Assembly (NCBI RefSeq): GCF_004010195.1
Contig: NC_057749.1
Span: 17,131,750 to 17,195,749 of the forward strand
From: Chiloscyllium plagiosum
Taxonomy: Eukaryota
Length of the DNA stretch: 64,000 nucleotides
Direction of reading: 5' to 3'
Of the stretch, positions 49,213 to 62,198 are shown one piece after another; within the stretch, counting starts at the first letter, position 1; the number at the start of each line of letters is the position of its first letter. The notes below the pieces were generated by a model that worked only from the letters and a program-made list of their open reading frames with translations, searched no databases and had not been told where the DNA came from. The position numbers and the translations under genes are program-made.

Positions 49213-49680
49213 TGAAATAACAGCATAGAGGCTGATATCCCGTCACCAAGCCACCCTTTATTCATATGTGCGCAGTACATAGGCAGCCAGCTCGGAGTCA
49301 GTCCCTACAATAAGGAGGATCTCTGAATCTTCTGTTTATATTTGTCAGCCAGGGCTCCCTGATTAACAAACTCAATCAAGGATCTCATAGTCAATGCGAT
49401 CCACCTGGCCCTCATTCCAATCACTACATCATCTCCCAAAAAAGTCTGGGAATGTTGGCTTGTTTCTTACTTGTAGCTTCTCCTGTGACGTTTTCACCCC
49501 AAGTCCAGTTTCTCTGACTCTGACTCACACATGGGCTGTGTGTACTGGATTCTTGTCTGGGTCTTGCACCCCGAACATCTTGGGAGAGTTTCCTCTTGTT
49601 CTTACCTTATCGTTGTTGCAACTGCAACCTCCACCTTTTTGTCTTCAGCCCCCTAATGGAAATGGGTTTGGCATGGCTTG
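49213..49680 (-). mobile_element. Short Gypsy-like LTR (49213-49428) with adjacent internal remnant
   Basis: Minus strand TGTAGTG...AATAAA...TTTCA, preceded by purine-rich GGGAGATGA. Confidence 0.5.
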
Positions 49681-52207
49681 ATGTGCTGCAAAAAGAAACT
49701 AACATTTTAAACCCCAAAAATGATGAAATGTGTTTTTTATGTGTGCCGTGGAATCTCTGCTTTGCTCTCCATTTCTGAGAGGGCTTTTCTCAAATTTGTG
49801 AAGTGAGATGAGAATACCAAGATCAAGTTTGCTAAAATGCTGGGATGTGAGATACAGTAACTCGCAGAAGCAAAAGTGATCTGGTTAAGTTTTCCACTTG
49901 CAAGGCTGAGTAGCTCTTTATTTATTTATCTGTTGCAAAACCTGGTCCTTATCATTACATTTGATCTAGAATTAAGGCTATGCAGGTTGCACTCTTCACC
50001 ACCATAACACCATGCAAATAATATTACTTTGAAAGTATAGTGCTTTAATAGCATTCATCATTGATCTGTATATGGATGGATGGATTGATTTATTGCAGGC
50101 TTCTAGACAAATTATTTCTTACATTTCTAATTGTAGTTTAATTAATGGCTTCACACTGAGTAGATATTGTAAGTTATGTAACTAGTTAAGGTCATAAACA
50201 CGTTTTTAATGATCAATAATTGATATCTCTGTAATACCCTGCAGACAATTCCTTGTCATGTCACTGTCAATGCATTTCCATCCACCTTTTGCATTCTCTG
50301 TTTTAGGCCATTTTCAATTCCCCTCAAAACCTTCCTCCCAATAGCTTGTCTTTTTTATTTTTGAGGACAAATTAAATGTAGTTGAAAATCTGCAAGCTGA
50401 GCTTACAGGGAGGTGAAGGCGAGTTACAACATTTACCTCTTGAATGTCCCACAAGTGAGAGGCTTTAGACTAGGTTATAACTGGACAGTGGTTTGGGATG
50501 CATTGTTCACGACCTGAGAATGAGGTGGTGTTAATTGTAAAAAAAACCTGAAGACCTGCAGATTCTGGAGGTCAAAAACAAAAACTGACATTCCTAAAAA
50601 AACTCAGCAAGTCTGGGATTGAGCTGTGGAGAGAAAGCAAAGTTAACATTTCAGGTCCAGTGACCTTGCTTTAGAACTGTTTGTGAATCTCTGCTTTCAC
50701 TCCCAGGAATTTTTCCCGAAATTTTTGTCTGTGTTGATAATAAGAATTTGCTACGTTCACTAAGTTTATGAATTGTAATATTTGTGCAACCAAAAGAGAT
50801 GAGTTAATTTTGTTGCAGTACTTTTTGAAATAGTGAAACATCATCTCTAAAAATATATTCAATAATTAAGAAATAAAATTGCATAATGTTTTCAGGATGT
50901 CAGTTTTAACTGTTGTCAGTTTATCACCTGGAGAAAAAAATTCTCATTTGGAATGCAGTTGGCTAACAATGTATGGCCATTAATTTTAGCATAGTTGTTA
51001 ATTTCAAACTAGTTGGTTAATAATATAGTTGAAGTGCTTTGCGTTGGAAGCAATTGTTTGAACAACCTGATTTGCTATCAACCTATTACTGATTAATCTG
51101 TGTATTGGAGTGTTCAAATGCAGCTTGAGGAATGTGTTTTGTTAGTTTGCCAGCACTGAAGGCCAATATTTTGCTCTGAGTTCATATTTGTTGGGCAGGT
51201 GGGAGCGCAGCCAGTGCTTTTAGTGTAATGTTCATCTGTGTGGTTACCATTCCTTTCAGCAGGAGTTTTGTCTGTTGATGAGGGCTTTAATACCTTATGA
51301 TTTTTTAAAAAGTTTTCCAGCGTCTCGTGTATTTTTTGCCTGATAATACTGTCAAATTAATTGGAAATGAAAACAATTGAGTAATATTTTGTTTTGGGAC
51401 AGTGACCTATCAATACTGTCTGAGGTATTTCACTCAGGTGTCATTCTTCAAGTCTCCATCTTGATACTGCATACTAAAAGGCAAATTTAATGTGGACATT
51501 ATCACAACTAGTCCTTGATATATTCTTGTCTGACATTCAGATGTGTTCAAGGGTAATTGGAGTAGGAATCTTAATGGTTCCTTCACTACGCAACCACCAC
51601 ACCCTCCCATTCCAGGAGTAGTGAGGACAGTTATTGTAACCAACTACAAAAACAGTATTTTTAAGAAGCATTATTCCAAGATTAGGTTGGATTTTTTTGA
51701 ACTGCGTTTAGGGAACATACATGCTTCAAGTGCTTATTTTGATCAGTTATCTGTTAAATATTTGTTGAAGTTGTGATAATGTGTTGTACTAATTCTGGTG
51801 CAAAAGGTGAAATTTTCCCATTCTCTAAATTACTTTTGCATTACCAGTAGAATAAAATGATACAAAAATTAATTTTCAAAACATGTTCATGTGACTATAA
51901 GCCATGTTATTTTCACAATTTCAATGACAAAGGAGCTTCTTCATTCAGAAAAAGGCCACAACATTGCTATTGCAATTAATTTTATGAATTAAATATTTTT
52001 ACAGTCATTGTGAAGAATATGGATATATTCTTCAAGGCATTTATTGAAGGAGTTGAATGCACTTTCTGCATCATTTGCCATTAAAATAAATATGTTTTAT
52101 ATTGATTTAATTATTTCTAAGTTTGAGTATCTGGCAATTATATTTATGATATTGTCTAGTTAATGGATTTAGCAATAGAATTCCCTGGAATCATGTGCTG
52201 TTAAAAG

Positions 52208-52805
52208 TCATGGAGTCATAGAGGTGTACAACATGGAAACAGATCCTTTAGTCCAAACTGTCCATGCCGACCAGATATCCTAACCTAATCTAGTCCCATT
52301 TTTCAGCACCTGACCCATATCCCTCTAAAGCCTTCCTGTTCATGTACCCATCTAGGTATCTTTTAAATGCTGTAATTATACCAGCCTCCACCACTTCCTC
52401 TGGCAGCTCATTCCATACACACACCATCCTCTGTATGAAAACGTTGCTCCTTAGGTCCCTCTTATATCTTTCACCTCTCACCCTAAACATACTCCGCCTA
52501 GTTCTGGACTCTCCCTCCCCAGGCAAAAGACCTTGGCTGTTTATCTTATCCATGCCCCTCATGATTTTATAAACCTCTATAAGGTCACCCTCAGCCTCTG
52601 ACACTCCAGGGAAAACAGCCCAGCCTATTCAGCCTCTCCCTATAGCTCAAATCCTCCAAACCCTGGCAACATCCTTGTAAATCTTTTCTGAACCCTTTCA
52701 AGTTTCCCAACATTCCTTCCAATAGGAAGAAGATCAGTATTGCACACAATATTCCAAAAGTGGCCGAACCAATGACCTGTACAGCTGCAACATGACCTCT
52801 CAACT
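52208..52805 (-). mobile_element. CR1 LINE 3' fragment
   Basis: GDLIEVYKIMRG...WNELPEEVVEA; LERVQKRFTRMLPG. Confidence 0.9.
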
Positions 52806-53635
52806 CTTGAATTGAATTGAACTGAATTTTTTGTCACGTGTACTGAGGCCCAGTGAAAAGCTTTGTCTTGTGAGCAATACAGACAGCTCACATAGTTAAG
52901 TAGCATAGGTAAACAGCGGCAAAAATAAAAACACAGGTACAGGCAAATGTTAAGTTTGAGTCCATTCAGTACCCTAACAACGGTAGGGTAGAAATTGTTG
53001 CGAAACTGGCTGGTGTGTATGTTCAAGCCTTTGTACCATCTCTCCGATGGTAGAGGTTGCCAAGGTGGGATGGATCTTTGAGAATGCTGGCAGCCTTTCC
53101 TTGACGGCGGGCCTGGTAGATGGATTGTATAGATGGGAGGTTGGCTTTCGTTATTGTCCGGGCCGAGTTCACCACTTCTGTAATCGTCTCCGATCTTGAG
53201 TGGTACAGTTGCCATACCAGGTAGTGGTACATCCAGACAGAATGCTCTTGATAGCGAACCTGTAAAAGTTGGCAAGGGTATTCGTCGTCATGCCAAATTT
53301 CCTCAGCTCCCTGAGGAAGAAGAACATTGTTGACCCTTTGTAACCAGTGCGTCCACGTGAAGAGTCCAAAAAACGTTGTTGTGGATGATCACTCCCAGGA
53401 GCTTGAAACTCTCCACTTGTTCCACCTCTGTGCTGTTAATGTGTAGGGAGAGCATGAGTAACATCACGCCGAAAGTCAATAATGAGTTCCTTGGTGTTGC
53501 CGACATTGAGAGCTAGGTTGTTCTCCAGGTCTTCCACCTCTCATTTATAGTCTGTTTCATTGTCATTTGAGATTCGATCGATGATGGTGGTGTCATCAGC
53601 GAACCTGTAGATGGCATTAGTCTGGTATTTGGTAG
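52806..53635 (-). mobile_element. Rex1/Babar-type LINE 3' fragment
   Basis: YRFADDTTII, VESFKLLGV, FFLRELRKFGM, NFYRFAIKSILSGCTTTWYGN, KAASILKDPSH, FYPTVVRVLN; short-repeat tail (TTCAA)n. Confidence 0.82.
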
Positions 53636-53649
53636 GAAGTTTCTCATTA

Positions 53650-54410
53650 ATGTCATTATGCCATACTTCAAGGAGATCCTTCAAAGTGTCTTGGAAATAT
53701 TTTCTTTGTTTTTTTTCCCACAAGTCCACTGGGCATGAATTAATCAAACTTAGTTCATGCAGACTAGAAAGTGTCACAATGACTTTAGCTTAGAAACAAT
53801 TTGATTTTTTTAGGAGACATACAGAAAAAAGTTTACAAGCTTGATCCTATATCAACAACTAGTTAGGTATTCTTGCCTTGAACAGTGTTAACACCACTGT
53901 TTGGTATCAGTTTTCTTAGTCCCAAGAGGAGGATTTTAAGCAATTGTTCAATATGCTGAGTCTGATTATGTTATGTATTTCTAAAAGTTTTGTTATTACC
54001 TTTAGTTTGTTTGGAATGCCATTTGTATTTTCCACAACGAAAGTGATGGCAATGTACTTATTCAACCCAAGCCCATTTCTAGGCTTCACATTCATCTTTC
54101 CCATCAGGCTGATTACCACTTTGGCCCTTCTCTTCCTTTTTATATATTTAAGGTAGCTCTCACTGACTTTTTATGTTACTTGCTAATTTGTTTTCTCAAA
54201 GTTCATTTTCCCCTCTTCATTTGTTTTTTGCACAATTTTTGTTTATTTTTAAAACTTTCCCAATACTCTGGGTTTACCACAAATAATGCTATGCTGTTTT
54301 TTTTTTGTTTCTCAATTTAATGCTGTCTTTAATGTCCTTGGTTGGTCATGGTTGTTTTATCCCTTTCCTAGAATCCTTCTTCACTCAGATATATCTTTGT
54401 TGAGAGTCAT
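53650..54410 (-). mobile_element. Old CR1 fragment, continuing after the L1 at ~60840-61000
   Basis: Resembles the CR1 region between endonuclease and RT (LNKYIAITFVVENT). Confidence 0.5.
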
Positions 54411-54458
54411 AATTAGTCATTTTGCATCAAACTTGAACAACTTGGTGTTGTTCTTAAA

Positions 54459-55255
54459 ATGGCTAAGGGCAAAAATTCCCGCAGTTTGCAACAGACAGGG
54501 ACCCCTCCCCCACTCCCTCCAGCAGCAGTGGAGACGCCCGTGGCCGCCTCAGGGGACTTACCTGCGGAGGCGAGCCTGATCTCCAGGATCAACAAGCTGC
54601 AGGAGAAGATCGATGCCTTCATTGAAGAATCCAGGACCAGGTGGGAGTTGTTGAAAACCTTGAACAGCGCGACAGAGGGGCAGAGCAAAAGGCCGCGGCC
54701 TTGGAGACTCCTGCTGAGTCAACCGTGGGCCAGATCCAGGCTCTCGAGCAGTGAATCTGGACCGTGGAAGAGCACATTGGTGACCTCGACAATCGGGGCT
54801 GTCGAAAAAATATTCGGTTGCTGGGCCTTCCCGAACATGAAGAGGAAGGCCACCCTGTAGACTTTCTGAAGCAATGGCTCCCTCAAATATTAAAGTTGGA
54901 GTCTGGATCAGGCCAGGTACAGGTGCAGGCCTGGGTCAGACCAGTGCCCCCGCCCAGTTCTGTTCTGGCTCCAATGTTATAGAGAGAAGCAGATGTTCCT
55001 GGAAGCCTCAAAGTCCTGGGGAAGGATCCTCAGGCCATGGTGCACAAGGATTCCAGAATTATGTTATTCCAGGAATTTTCTCCAGACGTGGTCTGCAAGA
55101 GGAGGGCATTCGATGAGGCGAAAAAGTGTCTAAGAGACCTAAATATCCAACACACTATGTGTTACCCAGCAATGCTGCGCTTCAGCTTCGAAGGATCCAT
55201 ATATAACTTTGGATCACCGGAGAAGGCTAAAGAATTCTTGGACTCTAGACTGTGA
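54459..55255 (+). pseudogene. L1 ORF1, frameshifted
   Basis: Coiled coil, DLDNRGCRKNIRLLGLPE, MLFQEFSPDVVCKRRAF, YPAMLRF, FGSPEKAKEFL. Confidence 0.85.
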
Positions 55256-58200
55256 GACTTAAACCGTATGGATGACGATTTTATTTTGCTGCCCCCCCCC
55301 CCCCCACCAAACCTGGTTTACCCTTTTTTCCTTTTTCATCTTTTTTTCATTACCTTCCCTCATTACCTTCCCCCCTCCCCACCCCCCGGGCTTATTTGTT
55401 ATTTGCTATGTGATTTTTATTTTACAGGTCGTGCGGCTTATTCGATTTGTGTGGGAGAGGGGTTTGTTTTGTTCTACCTTTTTACTAGAGCAGGGTTTTC
55501 TTCTTTCATTTTACTTAGTTTTCTAATAATTGCTAGCATTGTAACTTTGTAGTTTTATATATTTATATTTTGTATTATGCTTGCTAAATACACCTAGGTG
55601 TGGGTGGGGGGGTGGTTGGGTCACTCACTTTTAATTTTGGTTTCATAGAGCACTCGAATTTGTCTACTCTATTTTATACTGCCTGGGTCGAGGGTGGGAC
55701 ACTAGTTAGGAGAGCTTACAGTAAGGTTATTGACAGGTAGTTAGTTACTCCTCCTGGGAGCAAGGGGGAAAATCACCTTTCAAATGTGTTTTGTATTGTT
55801 TTCTTCACTTAGGAATAGTTTTTAGTTGTGTTGGTGTAAATGTCTTACAGAAGTTTTGCTTTTGTGAGTTTTCCATGGTCTTTATTCAAGGTGTTTTGGA
55901 TGGGGTTCTTCCTCCTGGGGGAATCTCGGGCTTGCCTGGATGATCATGACTAGCCATTTGCTTAGGTGGGGCACCTGAAATGTCAAGGGAAGTAATTCAC
56001 CAATCAAAAAGATTGGTGAATTATCAAACGTCAAAAAAGAAAGGGTTGATATAGCTCTCTTACAAGAGACACATCTACTTGACAAAGAACACTTAAAATT
56101 ACAACAGGGTGGGTTTGACCAGGCTTTTTTCTCATCTTTTAGTTCAGAAAGTAGGGGAGTAGTCATTCTCATTTGGAAGAATCTTCCTTTCAAAATCTTA
56201 AGCCAAATAAAGGTGAGTCTGGACGGTATATACTGATCAAAGCCCTAATATACGGAATTTTGAAACTTTATTGCCCCCCGGCACACCCCTTCAAATTTGT
56301 AGCGGAAGCGTTCTCTAAGTTGATGGTTTTTTGGGGCCCGCCATACAATTATAGGAGGAGATTTTAATTGTATTATGAACTCAGAGACAGATAGGATACC
56401 TAAGAGTACTGTGGGTATATCTCTCAGATCTAGACAATTGGAGGATCTGAATAAGGAGCTAGGGCTAGTAGATGTGTGGAGATGTCTTCACCCCCAGGGC
56501 AGAGACTTTACTTTCTACTCAAATCCACGCAAGTGTCATACTAGAACTGATATGTTCTTTGCTCCCTCGACCCTTTTGAATTCCATATTGTCCTGCAAAA
56601 TAGGTAATATAGCAATCTCTGATCATGCCGCAGTATATATGAAAGTTAAGACTAGGGACGATGGGACAGGCCCCCGCCATTGGCATATGGATAGCAAATT
56701 TATAAAATATTTTTCTCAGGAACTCAAAACCTTTTTGGAAATAATTCAGGCACGGCCAGTAACCCATAGATGATGTGGGAGTCCATTAAGGCTTATGCGC
56801 GAGGTTTGATCATCTCATAGTCTGTGACCCAGAAAAGACAAAAGGGAGAACAACAGTGCCTGCTCGAGGCTTGCTTGAAGGCCGCTGAGACAGCGTATGT
56901 TGATAGGTCCTCCGTTACTAAGCTACAAAGGATCACAGCCCTTAGGACAGCCTTGAATATCGCACTTACACAAACAGCAAAGAGGGAAATATTATTTGCA
57001 AAGCAAAGATTATATGAATATGGTGACAAGCCTGGCAGTTACCTAGCATACCTTGCTAGGAAAAAAAAAGGCTCCTCAAGCTATCACTTCCATTAGGGAA
57101 CGTGCTGGTACTCTGACTTGTGATTGTAAAAGGATCAATACAGTCTTTAGAAAGTTCTATTTTGAACTGTATAAATCGCAGGACTGTGAGGATAGAACTA
57201 AGAAGATGGAGTCCTTCTTCAAAAACTTGGCCTTTCCAGATCTAACCTTGGAACAGGTGTCTTTCCTGAATGCTTCCCCTGACAACCTAGGAAGTATTCA
57301 ATGCAATTAGACAGCTTCAGAGTGGCAAAGCACCTGGACCAGATGGATTCCAGGTTGAGTTTTACAAAGAATTTATAGGGGGACTGGCTAGTCCACTTAT
57401 AAACATGTATAATCGCTCACATAGTCAGGACTGCCTCCCGCCTTCGTTGAGAGAAGCAAATATTTCTCTCACTCTTAAAAAAGGGAAGGTCCCAGAAGAT
57501 TGTTCAAAATATAGACCAATATCCTTGCTAAATGTAGATTTTAAAATCCTTTCTAAAACATTAGCATTAAAATTGGAGAATGTCTTACCATATATCATAA
57601 AAGTGGACCGGACGGGGTTTATCAAGGGCCATAGATAAACTAACAATATTAGAAGGGTCTTAAATATGAAACAAGCCTGTCAACAGGGAAGAATACCAGG
57701 GCTAGTTGTCTCCTTGGATGCAGAGAAGGCATTTGATTGGGTAGAGTGTTCATAGCTTTTTTACACATTGGAAAGGTTCGGTATTGGAGAGGTATTTTCT
57801 AAATGGGTCTCAATATGATACAATGACCCCAAAGCAGCTGTGATCACCAATGGTTTCGGCTTGGATAGCTTCAGTGTTGGTAGGGGCTGTCGTCGGGGAT
57901 GTCCTCTCTGTGTTACTATTCACTTTAGTAATCGAACCACTAGCTGAAGCTATATGAACCTACTCTAACATAGCGGCTCCAAGAGTTGGTTCGGGTAAAT
58001 ATAAATCACTCTCTATGCAGGTGATGTCCTCCTTTTCTTAAGTAATCCTTTGATATCCATGCCCTGCTTAATTCAAGTTGTCAATCTGTTTAGTATGTTC
58101 TCAGGCTATAAAATCAATTTTATGAAATTGGAGACCATGCCGTTGGGTAGTCTCGTCAATATATCCAATTTATCGGATGGATCTTGTTTTCTCTTTCTGT

Positions 58201-58762
58201 GGTCACTGGAGGGTTTTCTATACTTAGGTATTTTTATCACCCCAGTATTTGGTCAGCTGTATAAAGCCAATTTTGTACACCTATTAGAGAAAATAAGGCA
58301 GGACCTTCAACACTGGGAAGATCTCCCAACATCTTGGTTAGGCAGAGTAGCTCTAGTTAAAATTAATATTCTGCCTGGTCTCCTATATCCTATAAGAATG
58401 CTCCCTCTGATGTTGCCGAGACTGGCGTTGCGTAAGCTATACGGCTGGCTTGGTTCCTTTATTTGGAATCATAGACGGCCTCTAATCAAATTTGAAAAGC
58501 TGCAGCTTCTAACAAGTACTGGATTTTCTAGACTTCAGGAAGTATCAGTTGAGCTCTTTATTATGCTATATAGCTGATTGGGTCTCTTGTGACCCTCAAT
58601 CAATTTGGCTAGACATTGAGACCTCCCAAGCAAAATGTCCCCTCATCAATCTTTTATTTTTAGATAAGATGAGAGCTATTGCAAAAACAATTAAAATTGC
58701 AAATACAATTAAAGCCTGGAGGATAATGTGGCAAGATGAGGGTAACCTACAAAAAACCTCTC

Positions 58763-59330
58763 GACTACTGCGACCCCTAGGACTCATAACGGCACACAAA
58801 CCAACAGCCACGCTCCGACAACAACTGACCAGAACGAAGGACCCGATACCCAACATGAGCAAGACGAATGTAGTGTACAAAATACCATGCAAGGACTGCA
58901 CTAAACACTATATAGGACAAACAGGAAGACAGCTAACAATCCGCATACATGAACATCAACTAGCCACGAAACGACACGACCAGCTATCCTTAGTAGCCAC
59001 ACATGCAGACAACAAGCAACATGAATTCGACTGGGACAACACTACTATCATAGGGCAAGCCAGACAGAGAACAGCCAGGGAATTCCTAGAGGCATGGCAT
59101 TCATCCACAAACTCCATCAACAAACACATCGACCTGGACCCAATATACCAACCACTACAGCGGACAGCTGAAACTGGCAACCGGAAGCGGCAGGGACAGA
59201 CCACTATAAACACCGGAGGAAACATCAAAGAAGCGCTTCGCAGGAGGCTCCCAAGCACTGATGATGTCGCCTAGCCAGGGGACGAAACGTTTGCAACAAA
59301 AACTTCCAGCTCGGCGAACAGAACTACAAC
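58763..59330 (+). mobile_element. PLE (family 4) 3' fragment with an open GIY-YIG domain, inserted in L1 ORF2
   Basis: VVYKIPCKDCTKHYIGQTGRQLTIRIHEH...REFLEAW; flanking direct repeat AACCTCTC (58755-58762, 59331-59338). Confidence 0.92.
59255..59294 (+). ncRNA. Minimal hammerhead ribozyme motif
   Basis: GCA-CUGAUGA-U-GUCGCCU(AGCC)AGGGGAC-GAAA-CGUU-UGC, with palindromic AACGUU. Confidence 0.75.
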
Positions 59331-60346
59331 AACCTCTCCTTATACTCCTATAGTGGGAGCATCAGGTTTTCAGCCAGGGCTGACAGATGCTGCATTTAAA
59401 ACCTGGAGGTCCAGAGGTATCTCCTGCTTGGGGGACATGTTCGATAGGGAGATTATGATGTCTTTTGAGCAGTTGCATCAGAAGTTTGGACTGCCTAATG
59501 GAGATCTTTTTCGGTATTTCCAAATATGAGATTATATACAGAAGAAGACCACATTATTAGACAGTCCCTACAAATCGGATAGGGAAAGAAGAGTGCTATG
59601 GCCAATGGGGCCACCCTTGGTCAGTACTCTTTATCACTTATTATATAATGAGGTATCAAAAGACATGGAACGACTGTTTAAAACATAGAACCAAGAATTG
59701 GGGTTAGAAATCTCGTTAGAAATGTGGGAGGGCATCTGGGAAAATGCCAGAAAGATCTCTATTTGTAATAGATCTCAAGCTATTCAATTAAAGATACTCC
59801 ATAGGGCTCATATAGCACCTGAACGACTGACAAGATTTAAGGTAGGAACATCCCCAATGTATCCTAAATGCAAAATAGAAGTGGGCACTCTCACGCACTG
59901 TCTATGAACATGTCACAAGATCTGAAGGTACTGGGACAGGGTAGCGAATGCTCTGACAGAGATCTTGGGAACGGAGATTAGATTGGATCCAGTGTCTCCT
60001 CTTCTGGGCTTTTCAAATTTCCCCCCCACCCATCCCGGATGTGCACGGGAGGAAATTATTTTCCATTCTCTCCTTTTGTGCAAGGAAATATATCTTAGTG
60101 AATTGGGTAGCTGAAGGCCCTCGAATTGGCACAGGTTAATCATGGAATATATCCTCCTTGACTTCCTCACAAATATGGTGCACCAAAAAACTGAATTATT
60201 CCATAAAATATGGCAGCCCTTTCTGAACTATATCGACACCGATATTTCAGCCATACTGTCAAGGGCTTTTTGTCTGGCTGTGGTAGTGGTTCTGGCTGGT
60301 TTGGGGCCCCTGGGAGGAGGAGTCCCATATAAATACAGGTTTTATT

Positions 60347-60494
60347 ATGACTTGATGTTAATTCATTTTGAGTATGTACTTATTTAATTATTCCGTTATT
60401 TTTCGCAAGTAATGTATGATATGACTTGATGTTAATTCATTTTGAGTATGTACTTATTTAATTATTCCGTTATTTTTCGCAAGTAATGTATGAT
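60347..60494. repeat. Tandem duplication, 2 x 74 bp
   Basis: Two identical copies of atgacttgatg...tgtatgat. Confidence 0.9.
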
Positions 60495-60604
60495 ATCCTA
60501 TTTTACGTTTTGGTTGTTTGTAGGATAGATTAGTAGTTAGTTGGATTTTTTTCCTTTTTTTGGTGTTTTGGTTATTATTTATTTTTTTTTCTCATTTATT
60601 TAAT

Positions 60605-60867
60605 TGTATATTAGTGTTTATACTTGTTTGTATTACTTCATAATTTTGTGAAAAAAAGTTTTTTTAAAGATTTCCTTTTTTTCCATTAAAGTACCTATTA
60701 AAACAGCATCTTCTCAATTGTCTTTTCTCTAATCTCTGTATATTAGTGTTTATACTTGTTTGTATTACTTCGTAATTTTGTGAAAAAAAGTTTTTTAAAG
60801 ATTTCCTTTTTTTCCATTAAAGTACCTATTAAAACAGCATCTTCTCAATTGTCTTTTCTCTAATCTC
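60605..60867. repeat. Tandem duplication, 2 x ~131 bp
   Basis: tgtatattagtg...ctctaatctc repeated nearly identically. Confidence 0.9.
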
Positions 60868-61119
60868 CTCTTTCAGTCCATTCTAGCCAGCTTTGCCCTC
60901 ATCCCTATGAAATTACGTTTATTTAAGTTTAGCACAGTTTTCTCACACTCCACATGAACGTGAAGTTCTCAAATATTGCGGTTACTGTTGTCTTACTCTG
61001 AAATAATTGGTATTGATAAATAAAGACCCTCCAAGGTGATTTTTAATCACTAATATCAAGACGAAAAGCTATATTTTAAAATGTCTTCAATTTCACTTCG
61101 TTTTTCAGTATAGAAAAGA

Positions 61120-62185
61120 TATTTTTCATCAGTATTCACACAGGAAAAAGACACTTGTCGAGGAGAACACTGAGATATAGGCTATTAGACTAGATGGGAT
61201 CGAAGTTCATAAGGTGTTAGCAATTCTGGAAAATGTGAAAATAGGTAAATCCCATGGGCCGGATGGGATTTATCCTAAAATTCTCTGGGCATCTACAGAG
61301 GAGCTTGCAGAGCCTTTGGCTTTGATCTTTATGTTGTCATTGTCTACAGGAACAGTGCCAGAAGACTGGAGGATAGCAAATGTTGTTCCCTTGTTCCAGA
61401 AAGGGAGTAAGGACAACCCTGGTAGTTATTGACCAGGGAGCCATACTTGGTTGTGGGCAAAGTTTTGGAAAGGCTTATAAGAGGATTTATAATCATCTAG
61501 GAATAATTTGATTAGGGATATTCAGCATGGTTTTGTGAAGGGCAGGTGGTGCCTCACAAACCTTTATTGAGTTATTTGAGATGGTGACCAAACAGGTGGA
61601 TGAGAGTGATGTATGTATGGATTTCAGTAAAGTTCTTGATAAGGTATACCATGGTAGGCTATTGTAGAAAATACAGATGCATGGGATTGAGGGTGATTTA
61701 GTGGTTTGGATCAGAAATTGGCTAGCTGAAAGAAGACAGAGGGTGGTGGTTGATGGGAAATGTTCATCCTGGAGTTCAACTACTAGTGGTGTAGCAACAA
61801 TGACCTGTTTTTGGGCTACTGCTGTTTGTCAGTTTTATAAATGACCTGGATGTGGGCGTAGAAGGATGGGTTAGTGAATTTGCAGATGACATTAAGATCA
61901 GTGGAGTTTTGGACATTGTGGAAGAATGTTGCAAGTTACAGAGGAACATAGATAAGCTGCAAAGCTGGACTGAGAGGTGGCAAATGGGGTTTAATGTGGA
62001 AAAGTGTGAGGTGATTCACTTTGGAAGGAGTAACAGGAATGCAGTGTACTGGGCTAATGTTAAGATTCTTGGTAATGTGGATGAGCAGAGAGATCTGAGT
62101 CCATGTGCATAGATCCCTGAAAGTTGCCACCCAGGTTGGTAGGGTTGTTAAGAAGGCGTACGATATGTTCAGTTTTATTGGTAGA
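61120..62185 (+). mobile_element. CR1 LINE RT fragment
   Basis: KSHGPDGIYP, DWRIANVVPLFQKG, EFADDIKI, FNVEKCEVIHFG. Confidence 0.9.
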
Positions 62186-62198
62186 GTCAGTTTTATTG

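Larger units (their letters stand above)
55946..60240 (+). pseudogene. L1 ORF2 (AP endonuclease, RT, CCHC-like end), many stops and frameshifts
   Basis: NVKG, LLQETH, GGDFN, SDH, KAPGPDGF, YRPISLLNVDFKILSK, SLDAEKAFD, YAGD in place of YADD, PKC...THCL, WQPF. Confidence 0.9.
54412..60705 (+). mobile_element. Near-full-length decayed L1-clade LINE
   Basis: ORF1, a ~690-bp spacer, ORF2 and a T-rich 3' UTR, in order. Confidence 0.9.
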
